This document shows positions 26,321 to 38,500 of a stretch of DNA of 64,000 nt, in pieces. The stretch's first letter is position 1, and the number at the start of each line of letters is the position of its first letter. A model generated the notes under the pieces. The model made no database searches and was not told the DNA's origin. It worked only from the letters and a program-made list of their open reading frames with translations. The translations under genes were made by a program, and so were the position numbers. The DNA is from Amoebidium appalachense (Eukaryota; Protista; Ichthyosporea). The stretch spans positions 2,320,768 to 2,384,767 of the forward strand of contig CAVNZM010000003.1 of the NCBI GenBank assembly GCA_963693365.1, given 5' to 3'.

Positions 26321-26877
26321 CGTCTGTCTGTCTCTCGCTCTCTCTCACTCTCTCACTCATTCATACACACACACACTCTCTCTCTGCCTCTCTCCCTCTC
26401 TCCCTCCCTCCCTCCCTCCCTCCCTCCCTCCCCCCTTCCCTTCCTCTATTTCTCCCCCCCTCCCTCCCCCCCCCCCCCCCCCCACACACACACCCCCTCC
26501 TCTCGTCTCGCCCCCCTCAGAGTCCCTCCCTTTCTCCCTCCCTCCCATCCCCCCCCCTCCCCCCTCCCCCCCCCCCACACACACACACACACACAGCCTG
26601 GTTCCTCCCCTTCCCCTCCCCCGTCACACACATACACACTCTTTCTCTCTCTCTCTCTCCCCCCCCCCTCCACCACCACCCTTCAATACCTCACAAATAC
26701 CTCACCCTTTTAACTGACTACGTATTCCTGGTAAGAACACACAGAGACACACAAACACAGATGTCACACACACAGATATGGTCTTGCGCGCCCGTGCCCT
26801 CCCACCCCTCTCTTCTCCCCCCCCCCCCCCCCCCCCATTACACAGAGATACGCTCACTCACTCGGTCACTCGCTCAG

Positions 26878-26945
<68 letters not shown>

Positions 26946-27240
26946 ACACAAATACACACAAATACCCATTTCTTACCTTTACTCAATAGACTTTTCCATC
27001 CTCTCTTACACATGACCATACCCTTTATCCCTCCCGCCCCGGATCCCCCGAACCCCTCCCTGCCTGCCCTGTCAGTACACACACAGTCAACCCCAGCCAA
27101 ATTTCTAACCTCAGTTCATACTAGTACCCCTCCCTCCTCCCCCCCCCCCCCCCCCCCACACACACACAAACACGCACACACATTCCGGGACCCTCTCTCT
27201 CTAGCCCCCACCTCCCCCCCCTCTCTCTTTTACCCTACCA

Positions 27241-27317
<77 letters not shown>

Positions 27318-27410
27318 CGAGTCTCTCTCTCTCTCTCTCTCACTCTTCCGTCCCCCCACCTATCACTTTCTCTTTCTCCTCTCGTCTCCTCTCTCTCTCT
27401 CTCTCCTGAG

Positions 27411-27458
<48 letters not shown>

Positions 27459-28723
27459 CCCCCCCCCCCCCCCCCCCCCCCCGTCTTTCCCTGTTTCTCT
27501 TTCATTCATCCCTCCCACCCTTTCTCCCCCCCCCCCCCCCCCCCCCCCAAACTCTCTTCTCACCCTTCCCTCCACACTTCTCGAGCAATTCAAACGTTGC
27601 TCTGGTACCTTTAATCGGGGATGTGTCGTTGGATGTGGTTTGCTAACGGGGGTACTCCCACCAGACACCTTGGCCTCCTTCCGTAGCGATGAAGATTCAC
27701 TTCCAGCAGAGACCCTTCTACTTGGAAAGGATATTTGTGATAAATATTTCCTTATTTAGTTGTTTAGCTTTGTACTAAGGCTTGTCTAGGCTCTGTGAAT
27801 CCCATGTAAGCCGGTATAGCTCGGGGGCACCTGCAGCGCCCCTCGTCTAGTGTGTGGTCGTGCTGGAAAACGCACTAAGCCATACATGCACACGAGGGGC
27901 AATGCTCCCACCTTCTCCCAAAATATAGACCGCGTAAACCAACATGAAGGATCCATGCGCGTGGGCGCGTGGGCAGTGCCTTCCACCAGGGGAGGGTGTG
28001 GCAGGTTAAGAAGCCGTTCAACTTGGATGTCAAGGCAGCCGATAGATGCACCTCCCGACTCCTATCCCTATTCGCTGATAACACACTGGCACACGCGCCC
28101 GCGCACACACACACACAGGCATACACAGGCACAGACGCAGAAACAGATACAGACACATCACCACCACAACCATCCCCCCTTCCCCCCGCCCCCCCCCCCC
28201 CCCCCCTCCGAGTCCCCCCCCCCCCCTCCCATTCCCTCCTAACCATGTATACACACACACACACTCCCACCCCCTGTGCCTTGCGTACACCTTTGCACAT
28301 GCCGTCCGACCTCTAAAACCGGCGGAAACGAAGGTTAATATATGGTTACCTGTGTGTTGTGCAATTGTTTTTTTCTTTTTTTTTTTTTCTTTTTTCCTTT
28401 TTCTTTTTTTTGTTTTTGGAGGGGGGGGGGGGGGGGGGGGGGGATAGACATTGGAATGGGAAGTTAAATCAGCAAGCAGTCGGGGTGTGGGATTTGAAAC
28501 TTTTAAGGGAGGACGGTTAACGTTGTTGGGGGGGAAGGAAGGGGGGGGGGGGGGGGAGATGGCTGGTTGAAGTGACTCGGAGGAAGTGATCATACATCTC
28601 TAGGCCTATATATAGCGCAGCTTTTGCCCGCCCCCCTCTCCCCTCCCGGCATGCCACACACACACACGCACACGCACGCGCGCCCATGCACGCACACGCA
28701 CACACACACACGCACGCACACAG

Positions 28724-28771
<48 letters not shown>

Positions 28772-30037
28772 ACACGTGCACATACACACACACACACACA
28801 CTACACACACAATGTGACACACACACACAGACATGTGCACACACACACACACACACCTCTGATGAATTCCCTCGTCCGTTCCGCAAAAGAACCTTTCATT
28901 CCTTGACATTATTCATCCATAATGCCGCCACACCGCCTCGACATGCACGCACGGCTTCCAACCTATAAAAACCACAAGGTTCCTCGGCAACCTCTACAAT
29001 ATTGGGGGGGGGGGGCGGGTTGGTGCAATGGTAAGATCTCTGCGTGTCAAGCACAAAGTCGCAGGATCGATCCTGGTTACCTTCCGATATTTTTCTGCCT
29101 CGACGGTCCACCGGTCTGGCCGCCCCCTAGAAGCCATCACCCCAGACCACGTCAAGCAGCACCACCAATTTGTTATCATCCGGCCGCAAGACATGACGTC
29201 ATGAACAGCACCGGCCCTCTGACGTCGACGGCGCGCCGCTTGGGCATTCCAGCCCAACATTCAAGTGGGAGACCAGTCCGAGTCACCGGCCACGGTTCGG
29301 GTCAGCGTCCTGGGCATGGGGTCTTCCCCTTTCAAGTCAAATATATGTTTGTGTATGTGTCCCGGGTCGCTCCCGGCTGGTGTTGTTAAAGTGAGCTGTG
29401 CTCACTTCCCCACTAGCGCATAATGTACAGTGCCTCGGCTGCAGGCTGTATGCATGCCAGAGTGTCTAACCGACGCACTGCAACGTATATGACCAGCATA
29501 AGACCATTACTACCAAATGATACTTACGGACGTTTACATATCCCATCGGACCCGATAGCACGGGCCGCCGCGCCACGGCCGCAGGCGCGCGTATGTCCTG
29601 TCCTACACACACTCTCGCAAATCCGTCAACCGAAGTCATCATAATAAGTGACACAATTTTAACATACTTGAACATTTAAACAGCTTTGTAATAACATTCG
29701 AAAGTAATAGAACGAAAAGGGTCGATAACTCGAAAACCGTTGCTTCATTCAATATGTATGTATCAATGTCATGCAGGACCTCGGTCCGACATGCATATCG
29801 AATTCCAGGAAAATTCCACGAGATCATTCGGATAAAACTTTCTGGACAATTCAGTTCTTTTTTGCAGGATCACATGGGGGTTTACACACTTTTTATTGCG
29901 TGGACATTGCCGGAGGCCCAGCCACATTCGACGGCCTACTGCGTTTTCCAGCACAGCCAATCAAATGCAGCCAGTGACATATGTACATGCTAGGCAACAA
30001 TGAGCGCCATCGTAGTATCTGACACCCCTATTACATA

Positions 30038-31342
30038 TTATGGGTAAGCAGATGCTAGCATCGGTAGCTCCGACAGAAAGTTAAGGCACCGGATCACAAT
30101 ATCATACTGTGCAGCATTAATAAGGTGATCTAGGATAGTCATCTTAAAACGGATATATTGAGGAAGAGATGAAGAAAAGAGAATAAAACCGCCAATAACC
30201 TCCGGTTCTAATACATTAGCTAACAGGTTGCATTTATTGATAGATATGCAGCCGCGAGTAAACCGCCCCCCACACATATTACACATACGAGCAGGAGACA
30301 CCAGAAACCGATTACACCGCCAAGCCATAATCATCTTTGCGTTTTTACACCACACCACATTACGAATAAACGAATCTATGTATGAACGAGACTCTCTAAC
30401 CGTATCCGCCATATAGGCTACTAGTAGTTGGTGTTTGTGCGGTCCTAACACCGGAAGGGACTCAACACGTAGAGTAAAAAGATATCTATCAGCCATAGAC
30501 TTGAAACTATTCATATTCACACTATGATCTAGCCGTACCTCCGGGGGGGTCGCCAGCCATTCCACATAGCGCTCGGCAATGGGCAGAGACGATGGGGAAG
30601 GGAAGAGGTACAGGGGCGAATCCGGCGGGGATGCGTGTAGCCGGAAGAGCGGGTGGTCCGGGGCACAAGCGGACAGGCGGGTGATGTGCTCGTGAAATTT
30701 AAGGGCTAATTCGTGTACGCGTTGTGATGGTGGTGTGAGTGCGTAGAGAGAATCAAAAAGGCGTCTAGGGATAGGTGTGGAAAGACCAGTGAGAAACATA
30801 CAACAAGTTGTGTAATGGAAATCATCTAATGATTTGAGGACATTAGTAACAGTATCAGGGGGTGCCATAGCTAGTAAGGGCAACCCGTATTCCGACAAAG
30901 GGCGAATATATGTGCGAAATATACTAAGACGATTGTATAGGTGGACAGTATGAGAAAGAGTAGCAAGATACACATCCCGAAATAACCGAAGACACCTGCC
31001 TGCACTCTCCACCCGACGGTCGATCATCCGTTTGAAACATATGCCCCATTCGTCCACCGGAATCCCCAAATACTTGTATTCGATTGGGCGAGGGAGGGGA
31101 CTGCCGAAAATACAAACGTCGTCCCATGCCGGTATCGATTTTGATAAAAGGGCACACTTTTTGACATTAATCTGCATATCGTTGCGCTGGCACCAATGTT
31201 CAACCACACGAATGTATTGCCGTAGTTCGAGAGGATCGGATGACATAAGCACAATATCGTCGGCAAAAAAGAGGGCGGGAGGAGCCTGGGATGGCAACCC
31301 CCCGTCAATTTGTGCCGCAGAAAGAATTGGGGACAGTTTGGG
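30038..31342 (-). pseudogene. 5'-truncated non-LTR retrotransposon RT (C-terminal half, thumb and Cys-rich tail)
   Basis: Motifs LSPIL, FFADD, INVKKC, YKYLG, IRPLSEYG, WRC..CNMCGGRFTRGC. The first ~19 codons of the listed ORF come from the adjacent DNA element. Confidence 0.85.
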
Positions 31343-32340
31343 CATCAGCAAACTTCCCCGTGGTATTGCCAATATTGTGAGGCTATTATCTATTGCCAAT
31401 ATCGTAAAAACACCAGATTAACACTGAAGTAATATCAATTATCCATTGCCAATGTATTGCGAGTAGAGATTTTCTGTGGTAGAGACGCTATAGAAGTGTA
31501 ATAGAACTGTAATATTGACGTAATATCGGCATAATATTTTTATATTATTGTCATACCATGCCGGGTCTACCACCAATAACTATATACCGTATGAGTAATG
31601 TACTGGCAATATCCCAAAATGCGTGTACGTGTGCCTATTAACAATACAATTGCGATATTGTCAATGTATTTATTCGGTATTATACTACTGCTTGCGGAGT
31701 ATTGTCAATACGTTATGAATATATAAAATGTAGGGCAATTTTGTGTCAAATTATGGTATTGTCCAACGTGGCAAGACTATTGCCAATATATTATGAATGT
31801 ATTATTCCTGACCATTTTGAGATATTGGCAATATACCCAACCCATATGTCCCATATGGCCGATACAAACATAACGTCGCTATTGGTTATAGGGTTGTGAT
31901 ACTATTATAATAGGATCTCAATTCGGTCGAAATGTATTGCCAATGTATGCGTCACAATATCAAGACTATTATGCACCTATTATCAATAGGTAAAAGCAAC
32001 CGAAAATATGGGGCGTGTATTTTATTGCCAATATATTGGTAAAATATTGGGGATGAAAGATCAGGTCACTTTATTTATGTAGTCGCAATATTGTGAATGT
32101 ATTGCCAACACAATGTCATGTTCAACAAACATGTTCGGAGTGTAGTCCTCGTATGCGCAGTACATTGCTAATACCGTGGTATTAGGGTGGACATATACTG
32201 ACATTATGTAGATCATATCCTACCCATATCACATCCATATTAGTAGGACATAAACATGATATAGCAAGAAAACTTTTATCCTATTGCGAATATCTAAGGC
32301 ACAAGTGGTATTGGCAATGTCACGAATACATCTATAATAC
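31343..32340. mobile_element. End of an AT-rich DNA element (copy 1) with a subterminal array of TATTG(C/G)CAATA-like palindromes
   Basis: Starts CATCAGCAA. Highly similar to 46607-46821 plus 50381-51160. About a dozen palindromic motifs. Confidence 0.75.
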
Positions 32341-33353
32341 TGTTGTTTTGTACGGGTCTAAGGGAGCAGAGTGCACAGAGGTGTCATGTAAAACACGACT
32401 AACACATTAATGAGAGGGCAATCGGAGTTGTTCACGAGACATTGAAAGATTCAAACAACAACTGATTCTTTATTGTGCTCTCGGTTCCTTTTGTACTTGC
32501 GACTTATCACCTTATCACAACTAAAGAGGGAGAACCAATCGGTTCTATCAGAAGATAGAAAAACACATTCCAACAGAGCATACGCATTCCAACTTCCGAT
32601 TAAACTAAAGTTTAGAAATTCTTACTTAAATAAATTAAGTAATTATACATCTAGTCACTATTAACTCATCTATGAAAACTACTCCGGGACGTGTGTTGCC
32701 TCTAGGGGGACATCCCCTTGGACGAAAGTGAACCTGCAATGGTTGTAAACCACGGCAAGCCCCCAGTCATCAATTTATTGATCCGTGAGGTCCATGTGCC
32801 CAAAAAACGGGGGAAGTCTTCGCCCCGTGAAAAAACAGCACGTATGTGTGGATCAATGGGGGTTGTGTGTGGGTGTAGGTGGGTGGGTGAAAAGGAATAT
32901 ATAGCTGTAAGGCTGTGGATGCTAAACACAGAAGATGTGTTTGTAGCTTGCTGATCTGCTAAAAACTGTCGTGCTTATATACCTAAGCCTACCGATCTGA
33001 GCCAATCAAAAATCGATCTAGTGATATGTGAAATCTGATCCGAGCCAATCATAACTCGGTCTAGTGATCTGTGGTATCTGATGTTTTGACTGGCTAATAG
33101 GTGCCCGTGTGCGGGCAGCCAACCGCTAACTGCTAAAACACGAAATGAAGCCTACATGGTTATGTTGGTACCGAACACCCATCCTACGTGTTTACCCAGA
33201 AAAATATTTATGTCAATAATTTCCACAAATAAAACCTCTATGAAAACTACTCCGGGACGTGTGTTGCCTCTAGGGGGACATCCCCTTGGACGAAAGTGAA
33301 CCTGCAATGGTTGTAAACCACGGCACGAGAGCAGTATGCTTGCTCCAAAGGTT

Positions 33354-34327
33354 TCACTTAAGAATAGAGGCGAATACACGTGTGGTGGTGGCAGCAATGG
33401 AGGCCGGACGAAGTCGGGTATAGATCAGGAAGCAGTCGGAGGACCACCTGCCGAGTTGTTTGATCCGGGAGTCGTCGACCCCGGCCTCAGCCAGTGCTGT
33501 GGCCCCCCCGATGCGGAGGCTGTGTCCGGCAAACCGGGAGGGTGAGAGGCCTGCCCGGGAGAGGAGGGCACGGAAATCGGCAGAGAAAGCACTCTTGGTG
33601 TAGGGGATGCCACCGAGACTGAAGAGGGGGTCGTCGGGTTGACCGGACGTTGTATCCAGGAACTGCCGGAGGAGATGGGCTGGGGAGAAGTGGGTGAGGG
33701 GCAGGGCAGCTAGGGTGACGTTGACACCTCGGGCCTGTACATCCGTCTTAGAGGTTGGCAGGTGGAGGGTGGCATGGGACAAAGTACCGGTGGGGGTGTA
33801 GCTGAAGGTCACGTCCTTCCGTTTAACGTGACGGGACGGGTCGAAAGAAGTCAGGGTCTTGGAGGTAAATTCCCCTGAACGGAGGAGACCACAGAAACCG
33901 ACGATGAGGGCCGTCCATAGCCGGAGATTGGCCGAGGAGGCCTTGGTGGGGCACTGGCCATGGAGTAGGCGGAGGTGGGAGGGGAGGAGGGGTTCCCTGG
34001 TGGATGAGCGGGGTCGGATGTTGTGAGAAAGCTGCCATCGGCCCACCCCCCGTAGGAACCAGGCCAGAGACTTGTCGTGGGGGTAGGGAGCAGGGAGGCC
34101 CATGTCGAGGTGGAGCCTAGTGATGGCCGAATTGTAGCCGGTTAAGGAAGAGGCCTGTACCCCTCGTTGGGCACACCAGGCGAGAAAAAGTTGCACGGTG
34201 TGTGGGGAGGCCGGGAGGGAGGACCCGGAGGAGGATTGCAGCCGAGATGCCACACAGAAATCGATGAACACTTTTTGCACCCGGGAGTAAAAGGCCCGAG
34301 AGTCGAGGTTGAGACTCAGGGCCTGGC
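33354..34327 (-). CDS. Ngaro tyrosine recombinase (5' codons displaced to ~40714-40771 by the Copia insertion)
   Basis: Catalytic motifs LLRSGE, SKTD, HSLRIGGATA, GRWSSDCFLIY. Removing the Copia and one TSD copy gives in-frame ...RATTTLQE-CQALSLNLDSRAFYSRVQK. Confidence 0.95.
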
Positions 34328-34332
34328 ATTCC

Positions 34333-35521
34333 TGTTATTTTGTGTGGGTAAACGGAGAAGCAGAGAGCACAGATGGGTGTTATGATATACACAACACAGA
34401 GACACACGGGAAAAACACAACCGGAGAGGAGGAACGATTTCTGGAACCATGGGAAGTGAATACGACTGCTTATGATTTATTTCAAGATGAGGTCCCTTTT
34501 ATACTTGGGAATGTGAAACGATAAACCAATCAAAAGAACGAAAACTATGAGTGTAAAATATATCGATTAAAATGTCTGTCGACACATAGAATATAAAACT
34601 CAATCCTCTAATGAAAGAAACTTCTAATAAAACCACGGAAACATTTAACAAAATGAAACCACTTATGTAACTATTAATTCATAACATACATTTATACATG
34701 TTCTTATCATAACACGTCTAAATATAATTATTCCTAATAGTTGAAGAACATAGCACAATGCTACGTCGTGGGAAAGGAATGAGAAAGGAATGTAAGTTAC
34801 TATATTTGGGAAAATACAAACGAGATATGATTGGATGACATATATAGATTTTGACACAAACGACAATACGTGTGCGCGGGCTAAGTATGTCGATACGTAC
34901 ACAGATCTAAGATGTCGTGTACACGGAAACGGAAAAGAAAGAAAGAAATGAAGAAAGGAAAAGGAAACAAACTACAACAACTAATAAATAAATACAAAAC
35001 TCAACTTCTAAGTCTTGCTGAGAATCAAGTGAAGATGACATCCCCACTCAAGGGTTGGAAGTTGGGTTCTCGTGAAGTTTGTTGATGTGACTGTTGATGT
35101 TAAGACTCTCACACATGTAGAAGCAGGTGCCGTGAAGTCACAGTCAAGTTTCCCCACTCGAGAAGACAATGAAGAAGACTTGAAGGTGCAAGCCGGGGAA
35201 GAAAACCAAAACGGAAGAAGCACACAACGACGGTTGCCTCTGAAGACTCGGAACATGACGGTAGCCAATGACGATATATAAATATATATAGAAGAAAAAC
35301 AACTAGTGTATGTGTGACGTGTTGGTGGCTAATGATTTATACATTATATATATGATGGTATATAAATAAACGACGGATGGTGGAGAAGAAATCCCCACTG
35401 AAGATGCACACACTGAAGATCGATGAAGACAGCAGTAGACTTTCGTTGGGAGGTGTCTCTACACGGTGATGTGTAGACCTCTGGCCAGGGCCCCAACCTA
35501 CTTGAAGACCACTGTAGATGA

Positions 35522-35563
<42 letters not shown>

Positions 35564-38500
35564 CTCAGTCACGAAGACTGAGTGAATCACGGTGCTGCTC
35601 GTGGGAGGGCCCGGGCAGGGGCTTGGTGAAGATGTCAGCCACGTTGTCTTTGCTGGACACGTAGGTGACGACCACATCCCCACTCTTGATGTAGTCCTTC
35701 GTGTTGTGGTAACGGACTGCAATGTGTTTGGTCCGGTGCTTGATGCTGTTGGTGTGCAGGAGGGCAATGGTGGACTGGTTGTCACAGTAGACGGGGGTGG
35801 GGTCGGTCATCGGGTAGCCGAGTTCACGGAGGAGATCACGGTGCCAGATGACGTTTTGAACAGCAGCATTGATGGCCAGAAGCTCAGCCTCGGTGGTGGA
35901 TGTTGCCGTGATGGACTGCAGCTTCGAATACCATGTGATGGGTATGCCCTTGAAGAAGATGACGTATCCGGTGGTTGAACGACGGGTGTTGGGGCAGTTG
36001 GCAAAGTCAGCATCAGAATAACACTCCAGCAAGGGGGTGTTGTCGTCGGAAGCAGACTTGTCGTAGTGAAGGCCGAGGTTGGAAGTGCCGATGAGGTACC
36101 GAACTACACGGAGTAGACATTCCCATGCAAGTTTGGTGGGGTTGGCACTGAATCTACCGAGGTAGCCGATGGCAAAGGAGATGTCGGGCCGGGAACAACG
36201 AGCAACCCACAAAAGACGGCCGAGTAGTTCACGGTAGGGAACCTTGATGGGTGGTGAGTCGTTCTCGTTGATGGTGATGACGGTGCCGACGGGAATGGGA
36301 GTAGCCTTGGGGTGAGCATCGTTGAGGTTGAAGTCTCTGACGATGTCGTTGATGTAGGATTGTTGAAGCAGCTTGAGGTGACCGGGTGTGTGGATGAGCT
36401 GGGTGCCAAGGAAGATGTCGGGAAGGTCAACCTTGCAGAGAGCTGACTTCATGATGTGGTCTACTAGATCCTTGGTGTGGGAAGAGTTGGCCGTGCAGAT
36501 GATGATGACGTCGTCCACATAGTTGCCAGTGAGGATGATGTCACCGTTGGGGAAGGTCTTGATGTAGACACATGGATCTGAACGGAGACGTTCAAGACCG
36601 TGAGTAAGGAGGACCTTGTCGAAGTACTCATACCAGGCCAGTGATGCTTGCTTGAGCCCGTAGAGTGCCTTCTTAAGTTTCCAGACCTTGTGTTCGTTGC
36701 CGGGGGTGATGAAGCCAGGTGGTGGCTCAATGTAGATGTCTTCTTGAAGAGGACTGTTGAGGAAGGCAGTTGAGACGTCGAGTTGATGAATCTCATGGTT
36801 GCCGTCCACACCGATGGCAAGGAGGGCACGGACGGAGGAGGACATCACCACGGGGGAAGAGGTGTCACCGTAGTCAACACCGTAGACTTGAGTGAAGCCC
36901 TTTGCAACACCACGAGCTTTGATCTTGGTGTCACCGGCTGAGTTGAGGACTTTCTCAGTCACAATCCACTTGAACTTGATGATGTTGGCACCAGGGGGGG
37001 GATCAACAATGGTGAAGACATCCTTGGTGATGAAGGCTTGGTACTCGGAGGTGAGGGCAGCTATGACGGCATCACCGTTGGGACCGTTGCAAAGCTTTTG
37101 AATGCCCTTGGGGAGCTGGTCAATGTTGATGGTCGGTGCTACGATGCTAACCAGTGCCGTTGGAGTCTTGGTGAGACGGGTAGACCGACGAAGGTTGGGC
37201 TTGGGGGGGTCCTTGAGAGGGGTGGTGGCCGGGTAGGTGGTGGAGGCCGGGATAGGGGCATGGAAGCCAGGAATAGGACCGGTGGTGAGGGGGGCATCGG
37301 TGTCCACAGGGCTGCTCGAGGCCGAGTGGAAGGTGGGGGACCCAGGACGAACCGGAGTCATGTAGCCGGGTTGATGTACAGCAACGGGGGGGGACGGCAG
37401 CAAGGGTTGTTGGCCAGTGGGGGGGGGGCTCGGGGGAGGTACGGGTTCAACCGGGGCTGGTTGGTTGTGCCAGGACGGTTGGGAGATGACCACAGACGGA
37501 GTTTCATCGTCGTCGTCGGAGGGGGGGTCCAATGTCGGCAGATCGGGTTTGGGGGGAACGGAGACCTGATTGGTGCTGCTCGTGAATTTCGACTCGTCGA
37601 AGATCACATCACGGCAGATCTTGATTTGGTTGCTGGCATGGTCGAGGATCTTGTGTGCCTTGGAGGGTAGGTCCCAGCCGACGTAGGTGCCGACTCTGAC
37701 GGTTGATGCCAGCTTGTTCCTCTTTGACCGGGGAACATGCACGTATGCAGGGGAGCCGAACACGTGGAGCTGGGAGACGTCGGGTTTGAAGCCGTGGAAG
37801 GCCTCGAAGGGAGTGTTGCCGTTGGCAGCAGATGACGGTGTGACGTTGATGATGTAGCCTGCATGCTTGAGAGCAGCAACCCACAACTTGGGAGAGAGAG
37901 GTTGGTCCTTGTCGGCATGGAGGAAGCAACGGACTGTCTCTTGCAGTTCTCTCATCTTCCGTTCAACAACACCGTTTTGCTGTGGTGTGTCGACGGGGGC
38001 AAACTCCATGATGATGCCTTTCTGCTTGCAGTAGGCCTCGGTGTCCTTGGAGGTGAACTCAGAGCCGGAGTCAAACCGAAGATGGGTGACGATCTCAGGT
38101 GTCTGACGTTCAATGGTTTCAACGAGAGACTGAATGTGGCTGAGGGTTTCACCACGGTTGTAGAGGGGGAACACGGTGGTGTAACCGGTGGCATCACAAA
38201 CACACACCAGAGCAACCTTGTAGCCTCCGTAGGAAGCACAGGGAGCTTCGAAGAAGTCCAGATGCCACTTAGCACCGGGAATGGTGAATTTGGAACGGGT
38301 GCCGGGAAAGGGGGCCTTGGTGGTCTTGCCAGACATGCAGCCGAAGCAGTCACTGTTGTCGGGTGACTTGAGGGAGTGGGGCATGCCGATGACAAGCTCA
38401 TCTTTGGCCATCCTGGTGACGGTGGAGAGGGCACGGTGGCCGAGACGGTTGTGCCAAAGGGTGAGGTCGGTGGGTGGTTGAGTCCTTGCTGTGTAGGCTT

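Noticed and set aside
170-29000. Numerous ORFs of HT/CV/SL/RE/poly-P/poly-G composition
   Set aside because: They are translations of (CA)n, (GA)n and homopolymer tracts with no domain signal.
31343-32340. CRISPR-like array of palindromic repeats
   Set aside because: The repeats are only 11 bp and irregularly spaced, with no cas genes, in a eukaryotic transposon context.
32669-32757. Hammerhead ribozyme in the Ngaro B repeat (stem followed by CGAAA)
   Set aside because: The CUGANGA core is absent on both strands; only hairpins can be supported.
33354-34280. Phage integrase or Crypton DNA transposon
   Set aside because: The YR lies within split direct repeats together with gag and RT-RNase H once the Copia is removed.
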